Shown in pieces: positions 38,263-47,946 of a stretch of 64,000 nucleotides of DNA. The DNA comes from an uncultured Actinomycetota bacterium. GTDB taxonomy: Bacteria; Actinomycetota; Actinomycetes; JACCUZ01. Location of the stretch: assembly GCA_963784645.1 (NCBI GenBank), contig CAWARY010000005.1, forward strand, positions 178,656-242,655, read 5' to 3'. The notes beneath the pieces were generated by a model. It made no database searches. It was not told the DNA's origin and saw only the letters and a program-made list of their open reading frames with translations. The first letter of the stretch is position 1, and the number at the start of each line of letters is the position of its first letter. The translations under genes and the position numbers were made by a program.

Positions 38263-39747
38263 TCATCGTGCCACGTCGGCGTCCTGGGGGTCCCGGACCG
38301 GTGCGCCGGGGACCGAAAGCGCATCGATCACCCCGGACAGGCGACCGAGCTCGCCGGCGATCTCGTCCCGGCGGGTCGTGAGCGCGGCCACCTCGGCCCG
38401 GGCCTCGTCGAGCATCTGCTGGCCCTGGGTGCGCACCTCGTCGGCCTCGATCCGGGCGGCGCCCACGATGCGGACAGCCTCGGCCTGCGCGGTGCGACGG
38501 GCCTCCTGCGCCTCGCGCTGGGCGGCCGCCGTCTGCTCGGCCACTCGCTCGCGCAGCGCCTGGGTGTTGGCCTCGGCCTCGGTCTCCCGCCGGGTCGCCC
38601 GCGAGTCGATCTCGGCGACCTTGGCCAGCGACTCCTCGACCGTGCGGCTCGCCCGGTGGCTCGCGTCGGCCAGCCGGCGCTCGGCCTCGGCGTGGGCCGC
38701 GCCCAGCGCCTGCTCGGCCTCGGCCTCCATCGCGGCGGCCTTCGCCTCGGCCTCGGCCAGCCGCTGCTGGCACGAGGCCTGGGCGCCGGCGAGCAGGTCC
38801 TCGGCCTGTGCGCGTCGCTCGGCGACGGCCCGGGCGCCCTCGGCGTGCGCCTCGGCGCGGATCCGGTCGGCGTCGGTCGCGGCGGCGGCGAGCACCTCGT
38901 CGACGGTGCGCTTGGCCCACGCGGTCTGCTCGTTGGCCTCGGCCAGCAGCGCGTCGGCCTCCTGACGCGCCGCCGCGCGGAGCTTCTCGGCCTCGTCGGT
39001 GCCCGCCGCGAGCAGGGTGGCGTGCTCGGCACGCACCCGCCCGGTGTCCGCGTCCAGCGCCTCGCGGGCCTGGCGGGCCAGGTCGTGGGCCTCGGCGAGG
39101 GCCGCGTCGGCCTCCTGCCGGGCGGCGGCGACCATCGCCTCGACCTCGGCCTGCACCTCGGTGGCTCGCTGTGCGGCCTCCTCCTCGACCTCGCGGCGGC
39201 GACGGGCGGCTTCCTCCCGGGCTTCCGAGACGATCGCGTCGGCATCCTGGTGCGCCTTGTCGCGATGAGCCTGGGCCTGGGCCCGCATCGACTCGGCGTC
39301 GGCCGCGGCGACGTCGCGCAGGGTCCCGGCCTCGGCCTGGCCGCGCGCCACCAGGTCGTCGGCCGTCGCCGACGCGGACGACACGACCAGGGCAGCCTGG
39401 TCGGCGGCGTCGGTGAGCAGCTGGTGCGCCTCGTCGGCGGTGTCCGCGCGGAGCCGTTCGGACTCGAGGAGGGAGGTCTCGAGGCGCCGGGCCGCCTCTT
39501 CGAGCGCGTCGGCCCGGCGGCGTACGGCCTCCTCTTCGAGGCGGGTGGCGTCGGCGTGCCTGCCGGCGATCTCGGCGTGCAGGTGGCGGGCCTCGGCGTG
39601 CAGCGCGTCGGCCTCGGCACGCCGGTCGGCTGCCTCGCGCTCGGTCTGCTCGCGCAGGCGGTCGGCCTGCGCCTGGGCGGCCTGCAGGAGCCGGCCGGCC
39701 TGCTCGGCGACCGGCTCGTCGGCGTCCGACGACAGGTCCTGCACCAT
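38263..39747 (-). CDS. Ala/Glu/Arg-rich coiled-coil protein (apolipoprotein/ATP-synthase-B-like heptad repeats)
   Basis: 494 aa from the ATG at 39747 (MVQDLSSDADEPVAEQAGRLLQAAQAQADRLREQTEREAADRRAE...). Confidence 0.6.
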   Translation of the reverse strand: MVQDLSSDADEPVAEQAGRLLQAAQAQADRLREQTEREAADRRAEADALHAEARHLHAEIAGRHADATRLEEEAVRRRADALEEAARRLETSLLESERLRADTADEAHQLLTDAADQAALVVSSASATADDLVARGQAEAGTLRDVAAADAESMRAQAQAHRDKAHQDADAIVSEAREEAARRRREVEEEAAQRATEVQAEVEAMVAAARQEADAALAEAHDLARQAREALDADTGRVRAEHATLLAAGTDEAEKLRAAARQEADALLAEANEQTAWAKRTVDEVLAAAATDADRIRAEAHAEGARAVAERRAQAEDLLAGAQASCQQRLAEAEAKAAAMEAEAEQALGAAHAEAERRLADASHRASRTVEESLAKVAEIDSRATRRETEAEANTQALRERVAEQTAAAQREAQEARRTAQAEAVRIVGAARIEADEVRTQGQQMLDEARAEVAALTTRRDEIAGELGRLSGVIDALSVPGAPVRDPQDADVAR

Positions 39748-39845
39748 GGGGCAGCATCGTGTCAGACCCGGCGCCCGGCTGTCAGACCCGGTCGGCGCCC
39801 GTGGTGCGGTCTTGACCGTCGAGCGGGGTCCGGCCCGGACCTGCC

Positions 39846-41210
39846 TCAGACGTCGCGGAACCGGTTGATGGCGGTCTCGTGCCGCGAGCGGAGCTCGTGG
39901 TCGCGGATCCCGAGGCCTTCCTCGGGGGCGAGGCAGAGGACACCGACCTTGCCCTGGTGCACGTTCGTGTGCACGTCGTGGGCGGCCTGCCCGACCTGGT
40001 CGAGGGGGTAGCTGCGCGAGAGCGTGGGGTGGATCTTGCCCCGGGCGACCAGGCGGTTGGCCTCCCACGCCTCGCGGTAGTTGGCGAAGTGCGAGCCGAT
40101 GATCCGCTTGAGGCTCATCCAGAGGTAGCGGTTGTCGTACTCGTGCATGAACCCGCTGGTCGAGGCGCAGGTGACGATGGTGCCGCCCTTGCGCGCGACG
40201 AAGACCGATGCGCCGAAGGTCTCGCGGCCGGGGTGCTCGAAGACGATGTCGACGTCGTCGCCCCCGGTCAGCTCACGGATCTTCTTCCCCAGCCGCATCC
40301 ACTCCTTGGGGTCCTGCACCTGACGGCCGCCTTCGTCCTTCCAGAACCGGTAGTCCTCGGCGCTGCGGTCGATGACCAGCTCGGCGCCGATCGATCTGGC
40401 GATCGCGGCCTTCTCCTCGCTGGACACCACGCAGACCGGCGTCGCTCCGCCGTTGACCGCCAGCTGGGTGGCGTAGGAGCCCAGGCCGCCCGAGGCGCCC
40501 CAGATCAGCACGACGTCGCCCTGCTTCATGCCCGCACCGTTGCGCGAGACCAGCTGCCGGTACGCCGTGGAGTTGACCAGCCCGGGGCTGGCCGCCTCCT
40601 CCCAGGTGAGGTGGGCCGGCTTGGGCATCAGCTGGTTCGACTTCACCAGGGCGAGGTGCGCGAGGCCGCCGAAGTTCGTCTCGAACCCCCAGATCCGCTG
40701 CTCCGGGTCCAGCATCGTGTCGTTGTGCCCGTCGGGCGACTCCAGCTCGACGGACAGGCAGTGGGCGACGACCTCGTCGCCCGGCTTCCAGGCGTGCACG
40801 CCCGGTCCGGTGCGCAGGACGACGCCGGACAGGTCCGAGCCCAGCACGTGGTACGGCAGGTCGTGCCGTTTCGACAGCGGCGAGAGGCGCCCGTAGCGCT
40901 CCAGGAACGAGAACGTCGGCACCGGCTCGAAGATCGCCGACCAGACGGTGTTGTAGTTGATCGCCGAGGCCATCACCGCGACCAGCGCCTCGCCCGGGCC
41001 GAGCTCCGGGGTCGGCACGTCCTCGACGTGCAGCGACTCGCGCGGGTCCTTGTCGCGCGACGTCCGGCCCTCGAACATGGCGGTCTCGTCGCGGTGCACC
41101 GTCACGGCCCGGTAAGCCTCGGGTACCGGCAGCGCGGCCAGGTCGTCGGCCGACGCACCGGCCAGCACTGCCTCGAGGATCTCCTGCACGTCGGCCTCCG
41201 GGGGGCTCAC
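39846..41210 (-). CDS. ccr: Crotonyl-CoA carboxylase/reductase
   Basis: 454 aa. It carries MDR-family NADPH and enoyl-reductase motifs (IWGASGGLGSYATQLA) and is full-length Ccr-like. Confidence 0.85.
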   Translation of the reverse strand: MSPPEADVQEILEAVLAGASADDLAALPVPEAYRAVTVHRDETAMFEGRTSRDKDPRESLHVEDVPTPELGPGEALVAVMASAINYNTVWSAIFEPVPTFSFLERYGRLSPLSKRHDLPYHVLGSDLSGVVLRTGPGVHAWKPGDEVVAHCLSVELESPDGHNDTMLDPEQRIWGFETNFGGLAHLALVKSNQLMPKPAHLTWEEAASPGLVNSTAYRQLVSRNGAGMKQGDVVLIWGASGGLGSYATQLAVNGGATPVCVVSSEEKAAIARSIGAELVIDRSAEDYRFWKDEGGRQVQDPKEWMRLGKKIRELTGGDDVDIVFEHPGRETFGASVFVARKGGTIVTCASTSGFMHEYDNRYLWMSLKRIIGSHFANYREAWEANRLVARGKIHPTLSRSYPLDQVGQAAHDVHTNVHQGKVGVLCLAPEEGLGIRDHELRSRHETAINRFRDV

Positions 41211-41283
41211 GGGACGGGATGCTGCACTCGGGTCGGCCAGATGCTACTGGCCAGTAACCCGGTGCGGGCAGCCCGGGCCGGGA

Positions 41284-41466
41284 TCAGTCCTCGGAGGGGA
41301 TGAGCACCCAGAGCGCGACGTAGAGCAGGAACTGCGGGCCGGGCAGCAGGCACGACACGACGAACACCAGCCGTACCGTTGTCGTCGACCAGCCGAAGCG
41401 GCGGGCGATGCCGGCGCAGACTCCCGCGATCATGCGCCGGCGTGGTCGTACGAGGTCGGTGGTCAT
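41284..41466 (-). CDS. PspC-domain small membrane protein
   Basis: 60 aa, RMIAGVCAGIARRFGWSTTTVRLVFVV. Confidence 0.65.
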   Translation of the reverse strand: MTTDLVRPRRRMIAGVCAGIARRFGWSTTTVRLVFVVSCLLPGPQFLLYVALWVLIPSED

Positions 41467-41480
41467 GCCCCGACCGTACG

Positions 41481-41903
41481 TCAGTGGTCCGGGGTGGGCG
41501 CGGCCTCGACCAGCTCGACGAGGACGCCCATCGCGTCCTTCGGGTGCACGAAGTTGACCCGTGAGCCCGCCGTCCCGCGGCGCGCCTCGTCGTAGAGCAG
41601 CCGGACGCCCTTGGCACGCAGGTCGGCGCTGGTCACGTCGATGTCGTCGACGCCGTAGGCCACCTGCTGGACGCCCTGGCCCGAGCGGTCCAGGAACTTC
41701 GCGATCGGCGACTCGGGGGACAGCGGCGCGAGCAGCTGGATGCAGGACCCGGAGCCACCCACGTCGAGCATCGCCTCGCGCACCCCCTGCTCCTCGTTGA
41801 CCTCCTCGTGCACCACGTGGACGTCGAACGTGCGGGCGTAGAACGCGATGGCCTCGTCGAGGTCGCGCACGGCGAGGCCGACGTGGTCGATGCGGGTGAG
41901 CAT
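41481..41903 (-). CDS. mce: Methylmalonyl-CoA / ethylmalonyl-CoA epimerase (VOC family)
   Basis: 140 aa, MLTRIDHVGLAVRDLDEAIAFYARTFD. Confidence 0.8.
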   Translation of the reverse strand: MLTRIDHVGLAVRDLDEAIAFYARTFDVHVVHEEVNEEQGVREAMLDVGGSGSCIQLLAPLSPESPIAKFLDRSGQGVQQVAYGVDDIDVTSADLRAKGVRLLYDEARRGTAGSRVNFVHPKDAMGVLVELVEAAPTPDH

Positions 41904-41952
41904 GCGGCTATCGTGACAGCGCCGCACCCGACGTCGCGCAGGAGGTAACACC

Positions 41953-43152
41953 ATGAGCGGATCGACCGGTTCCGTCATCGTCGCCGGGGCCCGCACCCCG
42001 ATGGGCCGGCTGCTCGGGTCGCTGAAGGACTTCTCCGGGGCCGACCTCGGTGCCGTCGCGATCAAGGGCGCGCTCGAGAAGGCCGGTGTCGCTCCCGACC
42101 AGGTCGAGTACGTGATCATGGGCCAGGTCCTGCAGGCCGGCGCCGGCCAGATCTCGGCCCGCCAGGCCGCCGTCAAGGCGGGCATCCCGATGACCGTGCC
42201 GGCGCTGACCATCAACAAGGTCTGCCTCTCCGGCGTCGACGCGATCGCGCTCGCCGACCAGCTGATCCGCGCCGGCGAGTTCGACGTGGTGGTCGCCGGC
42301 GGGATGGAGTCGATGACCCAGGCGCCGCACTTCCTGCCCAAGTCGCGCGAGGGGGTGAAGTTCGGCGACGTGAAGCTCGTCGACTCGATGTCCTACGACG
42401 GGCTCTGGGACGTCTTCACCACCCAGGCCATGGGTGCGCTCACCGAGGCGTGCAACGCCGAGCTGGGCATCTCCCGCGAGGAGCAGGACGCGTTCTCCGC
42501 CCGGTCGCACCAGCGCGCTGCCGAGGCCTGGAAGAACGGCCTGTTCGACGACGAGGTCGTGCCGGTCGAGATCCCGCAGCGCAAGGGAGAGCCGGTGCAG
42601 TTCAAGGAGGACGAGGGCATCCGCGCTGACACCACTGCCGAGAGCCTCGGCAAGCTGCGCCCGGCGTTCAGCAGGGACGGCACCATCACGGCCGGCTCCT
42701 CGTCGCAGATCTCTGACGGCGCGGCCGCCGTGGTCGTCATGAGCAAGGCCAAGGCCGAGGAGCTGGGTCTCACCTGGCTGGCCGAGATCGGTTCCCACGG
42801 TGTCGTCGCCGGCCCGGACTCGACGCTCCAGTCGCAGCCGTCCGCGGCGATCCGGAAAGCCTGCGCCAAGGAGGGCATCAGCCCCGCCGACCTCGACCTG
42901 GTCGAGATCAACGAGGCATTCGCCAGCGTCGGCATCAAGTCGGTGCGCGACCTCGGCATCGACGAGGACAAGGTCAACGTCAACGGCGGTGCGATCGCCC
43001 TCGGGCATCCGATCGGCATGTCCGGTGCGCGGATCGCCCTGCACCTCGCGCTGGAGCTGAAGCGGCGCGGCGGTGGCGTCGGCGCGGCCGCCCTGTGCGG
43101 CGGCGGCGGACAGGGCGACGCCCTGGTGCTGCGCGTCCCGGCAGCCGGCTGA
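41953..43152 (+). CDS. Acetyl-CoA C-acetyltransferase (thiolase II)
   Basis: 399 aa with an active-site Cys in [10 protein letters not shown] and the C-terminal motif [11 protein letters not shown]. Confidence 0.92.
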   Translation: MSGSTGSVIVAGARTPMGRLLGSLKDFSGADLGAVAIKGALEKAGVAPDQVEYVIMGQVLQAGAGQISARQAAVKAGIPMTVPALTINKVCLSGVDAIALADQLIRAGEFDVVVAGGMESMTQAPHFLPKSREGVKFGDVKLVDSMSYDGLWDVFTTQAMGALTEACNAELGISREEQDAFSARSHQRAAEAWKNGLFDDEVVPVEIPQRKGEPVQFKEDEGIRADTTAESLGKLRPAFSRDGTITAGSSSQISDGAAAVVVMSKAKAEELGLTWLAEIGSHGVVAGPDSTLQSQPSAAIRKACAKEGISPADLDLVEINEAFASVGIKSVRDLGIDEDKVNVNGGAIALGHPIGMSGARIALHLALELKRRGGGVGAAALCGGGGQGDALVLRVPAAG

Positions 43153-43160
43153 CCCCGCAG

Positions 43161-44135
43161 GTGGTCGCGGCGCCGGGGGTCGGCGCGCTGGTCGAGCGTG
43201 CCCGGGAGGGCGACGCCCGGTCCGTCGCGAAGCTCATCTCGTTGGTCGAGGACGCGTCGCCGAGGCTGCGGGAGGCGATGGCGGCCCTGGCGCCGTACGG
43301 CGGCCGCGCGAGCGTCATCGGCCTGACCGGCGCTCCCGGCGTCGGCAAGTCGACGTCCACCAACGCGCTCGTGACGGCGTTCCGGGGGCGCGGCAAGCGG
43401 GTGGGCGTGCTCGCGGTCGACCCCTCGTCGCCGTTCTCGGGCGGGGCACTGCTCGGCGACCGGGTGCGGATGCAGGACCACGCGCTGGACCGCGATGTCT
43501 ACATCCGGTCGATGGCCAGCCGCGGCCACCTCGGCGGTCTCTCGTGGGCCACGCCGCAGGCGCTCCGGGTCCTGGACGCCGCCGGCTGCGACATCGTGCT
43601 CGTCGAGACCGTCGGCGTCGGCCAGTCCGAGGTGGAGGTGGCGCGGACGGCCGACACCACGGTGGTCCTGCTCGCCCCGGGGATGGGCGACGCCATCCAG
43701 GCCGCCAAGGCCGGCATCCTCGAGGTGGGCGACGTCTACGTCGTCAACAAGGCCGACCGCGACGGTGCCGACAACGCCGTGCGCGAGCTGCGCCACATGC
43801 TGACCCTCGGCGAGCGCCGGTCGCCGGGGGAGTGGCGGCCGCCGATCGTCAAGACCGTCGCCTCCCGCGGCGAGGGCCTCGACGAGCTGGTCGAGGCGCT
43901 GGACAAGCACCGCGCCTGGCTGGAGGAGACCGGCACGCTGCACGAGCGCCGCCTGCACCGCGCCGCCGACGAGGTCGAGGCGATCGCGCTGACCGCGCTG
44001 CGCGAACGCGTGGGCGACCTGCGGACGCGCGACGGCGAGGCCAACCTCGACGCTCTCGCCGCCGACGTCGTTGCCGGCCGCACCGACCCCTACGCCGCCG
44101 CGGATGCACTGCTCGCCGGTCTCACCGCCGGTTGA
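43161..44135 (+). CDS. meaB: MeaB/ArgK-family GTPase (B12 mutase chaperone)
   Basis: GTG start with a P-loop GLTGAPGVGKST. Confidence 0.85.
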   Translation: MVAAPGVGALVERAREGDARSVAKLISLVEDASPRLREAMAALAPYGGRASVIGLTGAPGVGKSTSTNALVTAFRGRGKRVGVLAVDPSSPFSGGALLGDRVRMQDHALDRDVYIRSMASRGHLGGLSWATPQALRVLDAAGCDIVLVETVGVGQSEVEVARTADTTVVLLAPGMGDAIQAAKAGILEVGDVYVVNKADRDGADNAVRELRHMLTLGERRSPGEWRPPIVKTVASRGEGLDELVEALDKHRAWLEETGTLHERRLHRAADEVEAIALTALRERVGDLRTRDGEANLDALAADVVAGRTDPYAAADALLAGLTAG

Positions 44136-44160
44136 CGACTCGCGGCCCTGACCCGCCGCC

Positions 44161-44217
44161 CCGTGATCCACAGCGGATCCATGTGGTTTTTCCTCACCAA
44201 TCCGCTGTGGATCACGG
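44161..44217. repeat. Family-1 palindromic intergenic element, full copy
   Basis: CCGTGATCCACAGCGGATCCATGTGG-TTTTTCCTCA-CCAATCCGCTGTGGATCACGG, with 18-bp perfect arms. Confidence 0.6.
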
Positions 44218-44240
44218 AACTGCGGGTGGCCGGGGCCGGC

Positions 44241-45293
44241 TCAGCGCCCGGTGGTCGGGGGCGGGCTGCTCGACGACGTCCCGGCAGGGCTGGAGGTCGA
44301 CGTCGACGGGGTGGGGTCGGTCGGCGTGGGGGTGGTCGTCGTCTCGGCCGGAGTGGGTGCCGGCGTCGTCGTGGGCTCGGCGGTGGTCGCGGGCGCCGTC
44401 GGGCAGGCGAAGGTGACGTCCTGCTCCACCGTGCGCCCGGCCGTCGTCGTGACGTCCGTGGTGCGACCGCGGGCGCCCAGGACGGACGTGCCGACCGGCG
44501 CGCCCGCGATGCGGTAGCGGTCGCCCTCGCCCAGCCCGCTCAGCCTGACCGCGCTGGTGCGCTGGCCGTCGATCCACAGCCACAGCGGGAAACGGGCGTC
44601 CGGGCAGCTGACGTCGGTCCGGACCCGGCCCTGGACGACCGCTCCGGGCACCAGCGTGGTGACACGCGGCTTGGTGCCGCGCGTACAGCTGAGGTCGTCG
44701 ACGAACATGGGGGCCCAGACCCCGACCGCGGCCGGACCGAGGTTGGTGTTGACACGCCATGACGTGACGAGGACCGGGGCACCGGTGCACGGCACCCGGT
44801 AGGCGCCTGTGACGTCCGTCGTGGCCGCCAGCCGGGTCGGGAGGTAGCCCTTCGCGGTCTGCTCCCCGGTCCAGACGTAGAGGCCGGCCACCGGGGCACC
44901 GGACGGGTCGACGACGCGGCCACGGACGAACGTGGGCGCCACCCGCTCCGGAGGCGCGGTGACCGCGCTGCTCGTCACGGGCGCGGCGGTCTTGCGGCCT
45001 GCGGTCGACGGGACCACCGAAGCCTGCCGGGTCTCCGGTGCGGCGGTCGACGTGCTCACGGACGGTGAGGGCGAGCCGCCGCGGGCGACGTTGACGATCG
45101 TGTTGCGTACGCCGCTCACGCCGCCGCCCAGCGCGAGGCCGCCGAAGATGCCGGAGAGGAAGACACCGGTGACACCGCAGACAGCGGCCGCCCGGTGGAA
45201 CCGACGGAACGTGGCCTCGCGGTACACGCGGCCGAAGCCGTCGGGCGGCGGGGGCAGCGGCTCGATCGGGCGACGGGGCAGGTGCCCCGTCAT
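44241..45293 (-). CDS. Membrane-spanning anti-sigma factor-like protein with an extracytoplasmic domain and a Thr/Pro-rich tail
   Basis: 350 aa from the ATG, which overlaps the sigma-factor stop (ATGA). One TM helix after a cytoplasmic N-terminus. Confidence 0.55.
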   Translation of the reverse strand: MTGHLPRRPIEPLPPPPDGFGRVYREATFRRFHRAAAVCGVTGVFLSGIFGGLALGGGVSGVRNTIVNVARGGSPSPSVSTSTAAPETRQASVVPSTAGRKTAAPVTSSAVTAPPERVAPTFVRGRVVDPSGAPVAGLYVWTGEQTAKGYLPTRLAATTDVTGAYRVPCTGAPVLVTSWRVNTNLGPAAVGVWAPMFVDDLSCTRGTKPRVTTLVPGAVVQGRVRTDVSCPDARFPLWLWIDGQRTSAVRLSGLGEGDRYRIAGAPVGTSVLGARGRTTDVTTTAGRTVEQDVTFACPTAPATTAEPTTTPAPTPAETTTTPTPTDPTPSTSTSSPAGTSSSSPPPTTGR

Positions 45294-45808
45294 CGGACGT
45301 CCTCCAGCCAGCTCGCGAGCCGGCCGCGCGCGTCGAACAGCATGCGCTTGATCGTTCCTTCCGGCTTCCTCAGCGCCGTCGCGACCTCGGCGACGCTCAT
45401 GTCGGCGTAGTAGTGCAGCAGGACGGGCATCCGGAGCCGGTCGGGGAGCCGCTCGACCATGTCCCGCAGCCACGGGTCCGCGGCCGGCGTGCTCACCGGC
45501 GTGGTCTCCTCGAGCCGCGCCTGCAGCTTGCGGTCGCGCTGCTCGCGGCGCCAGCGGTCGCGCACCAGGTTGGTGGCCGTGACGTAGAGGTAGCCCTTGG
45601 GGTCGTGGACCGTGAGCCAGCGCGACAGCAGCCGGGTGAACGCTTCCGAGGCGATGTCGTGCGCGGCGTCCCGGTCGCCGACCAGGGAGGCGCACCAGCC
45701 GGCCAGCTGCCCGTAGTGCTCGTTCCACAACGCCCGGGCAGCGTCCTCCCGGGCGGTCACGGCAGCTGCCGCCACACCCTGGGTGCGGGAGGTCCCCGCG
45801 GTCACCAT
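45290..45808 (-). CDS. ECF (sigma-70 group 4) RNA polymerase sigma factor
   Basis: 172 aa with region 2 (DIASEAFTRLL) and region 4 (MSVAEVATALRKPEGTIKRML). Confidence 0.8.
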   Translation of the reverse strand: MVTAGTSRTQGVAAAAVTAREDAARALWNEHYGQLAGWCASLVGDRDAAHDIASEAFTRLLSRWLTVHDPKGYLYVTATNLVRDRWRREQRDRKLQARLEETTPVSTPAADPWLRDMVERLPDRLRMPVLLHYYADMSVAEVATALRKPEGTIKRMLFDARGRLASWLEDVR

Positions 45809-46075
45809 GACGGCCACGAACCGAGGACGCCGATCGGCGCCGGTCGGTTCACCCCGGTCACGACGACCACGCGGTCCCGCGTGGAGCCGACGTCCCCGTT
45901 CCCGGGGAGCCGGTCGCCCGTCTCCATCCGACCGAGGGTAGCGGGCCGGCCCGTCCGCACCCGGGTACGCTCGGTCACGATCCGGACATGACGGCGCCTC
46001 GGAACCGCGATGGCGTCGTGTCACACGCGGCCACCACCCCGGCCGTCACCGGTGACGAGTCGCGAGGAGCCGCAG

Positions 46076-47749
46076 GTGGACGCCGAGGAGATCCAGCAGG
46101 GTCGGGAGCGCTGGCAGCGTCGTTTCGACGCGGCACGGGTGCGGGAGGCGGACTTCTCCACGCTGTCCGGCGTCGAGGTCGACCCGGTCTACGGCCCGGC
46201 GCCCGGCGACACGGTCGAGGGCTTCGAGCGGATCGGCTGGCCGGGCGAGTTCCCGTTCACCCGCGGCCTGTATCCGACGGGCTACCGCGGGCGCACCTGG
46301 ACGATCCGGCAGTTCGCCGGGTTCGGCAACGCGGCGCAGACCAACGAGCGCTACAAGATGATCCTGGCCGCAGGCGGCGGGGGTCTCTCGGTGGCCTTCG
46401 ACATGCCGACGCTGATGGGCCGCGACTCCGACGACCCGAAGTCCCTGGGCGAGGTGGGGCACTGCGGGGTCGCGATCGACTCCGCCACCGACATGGGTGT
46501 GCTCTTCTCCGACATCCCGCTGGGTGACGTCACCACGTCGATGACGATCAGTGGTCCCGCGGTGCCGGTGTTCTGCATGTACCTCGTCGCCGCCGAGCGG
46601 CAGGGCGTCGACCTCAGCGTGCTCAACGGCACCCTGCAGACCGACATCTTCAAGGAGTACATCGCGCAGAAGGAGTGGCTCTTCCCGCCGGAGCCGCACC
46701 TGCGGCTGATCGGCGACCTCATGCAGTACTGCGTCGAGAACATCCCGGCGTACAAGCCGCTGTCGGTCTCCGGGTACCACATCCGCGAGGCCGGCTCGAC
46801 GGCCGCACAGGAGCTGGCGTTCACCCTCGCCGACGGCTTCGGCTACGTCGAGCTGGGCCTGTCGCGTGGCATGGACGTCGACGAGTTCGCACCGGGCCTG
46901 TCGTTCTTCTTCGACGCGCACCTGGACTTCTTCGAGGAGATCGCGAAGTTCCGCGCGGCCCGCCGGATCTGGGCCCGCTGGCTGCGCGACGAGTACGGCG
47001 CTACCACCGAGAAGGCGCAGTGGCTGCGCTTCCACACCCAGACCGCCGGGGTCTCGCTGACGGCGCAGCAGCCCGACAACAACATCGTCCGTACCGCCGT
47101 CGAGGCGCTGGCGGCGGTCCTGGGCGGCACCAACTCGCTGCACACCAACGCCCTCGACGAGGTGCTGGCGCTGCCGAGTGAGAAGGCCGCCGAGATCGCC
47201 CTGCGCACCCAGCAGGTCATCATGGAGGAGACCGGCGTCGTCAACGTCGCCGACCCGCTCGGCGGGTCCTGGTACGTCGAGGCGCTCACCGACCGCATCG
47301 AGGCCGAGGCCGAGGCGGTCTTCGCCCGCATCCGCGCGATGGGCACGGACGGCTCGATCACCTCGGGCCTGCTGCGCGGCATCGAGGACGGCTGGTTCAT
47401 GTCCGAGATCGCCGAGGCGGCCTTCGCCTACCAGACCGGGCTGGAGAAGGGCGAGAAGAAGGTCGTCGGGGTCAACGTGCACACCTCGACCGTCGAGGAG
47501 CCCTTGGAGATCCTCCGCGTCTCCCACGAGGTCGAGCGCGAGCAGAACCGTGTCCTCGGTGCCCGCCGGGCCGACCGCGACGAGGCCGCCGCTCGCGCCG
47601 CCGTCGCGCGGATGGCCGAGGTCGCCCGCACCGACGAGAACATGGTGCCTGCGATGCTCGACGCCGTCCGGGCCGAGGCGACCCTCGGTGAGATCTGCGA
47701 CGCCCTGCGCGCCGAGTGGGGCGACTACCGCGAGCCGCCACGCTTCTGA
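46076..47749 (+). CDS. Acyl-CoA mutase large (substrate-binding) subunit lacking a B12 domain (IcmA/HcmA-like)
   Basis: GTG start behind a GAGGAG ribosome-binding site, VDAEEIQQGRERWQRRFDAARVREADFSTLSGVEVDPVYGP... There is no C-terminal DxHxxG domain. Confidence 0.8.
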   Translation: MDAEEIQQGRERWQRRFDAARVREADFSTLSGVEVDPVYGPAPGDTVEGFERIGWPGEFPFTRGLYPTGYRGRTWTIRQFAGFGNAAQTNERYKMILAAGGGGLSVAFDMPTLMGRDSDDPKSLGEVGHCGVAIDSATDMGVLFSDIPLGDVTTSMTISGPAVPVFCMYLVAAERQGVDLSVLNGTLQTDIFKEYIAQKEWLFPPEPHLRLIGDLMQYCVENIPAYKPLSVSGYHIREAGSTAAQELAFTLADGFGYVELGLSRGMDVDEFAPGLSFFFDAHLDFFEEIAKFRAARRIWARWLRDEYGATTEKAQWLRFHTQTAGVSLTAQQPDNNIVRTAVEALAAVLGGTNSLHTNALDEVLALPSEKAAEIALRTQQVIMEETGVVNVADPLGGSWYVEALTDRIEAEAEAVFARIRAMGTDGSITSGLLRGIEDGWFMSEIAEAAFAYQTGLEKGEKKVVGVNVHTSTVEEPLEILRVSHEVEREQNRVLGARRADRDEAAARAAVARMAEVARTDENMVPAMLDAVRAEATLGEICDALRAEWGDYREPPRF

Positions 47750-47756
47750 GCACCGT

Positions 47757-47811
47757 GAGTGGCGCGTTGTGGTGGTTCTGTACCGGTAAGAAGTGCCACA
47801 ACGCGCCACTC
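47757..47811. terminator. Perfect 16-bp stem hairpin (GAGTGGCGCGTTGTGG / CCACAACGCGCCACTC) with a 23-nt AT-richer loop, 8 nt after the mutase stop
   Basis: Read directly. Confidence 0.55.
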
Positions 47812-47946
47812 GACGATCGGGACAGGTACGGGAGGCGGGCGGCTGTCACCTCTCCTCCGAAGCCGCTCTGAGCTGCACCGCGACGGCGGGCCAGGGGGCA
47901 GGGGCCGTGTCGGCGGCACACCCGAGCGTGGGGGAGGATGGTCGGC

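Noticed and set aside
38038-40011. Long plus and minus ORFs (38222-39757, 38328-39620, 38038-40011) overlapping the coiled-coil gene
   Set aside because: Alternative frames of a repetitive Ala/Glu-coding region. Only the frame starting MVQDLSSD has an ATG with sensible spacing and heptad periodicity.
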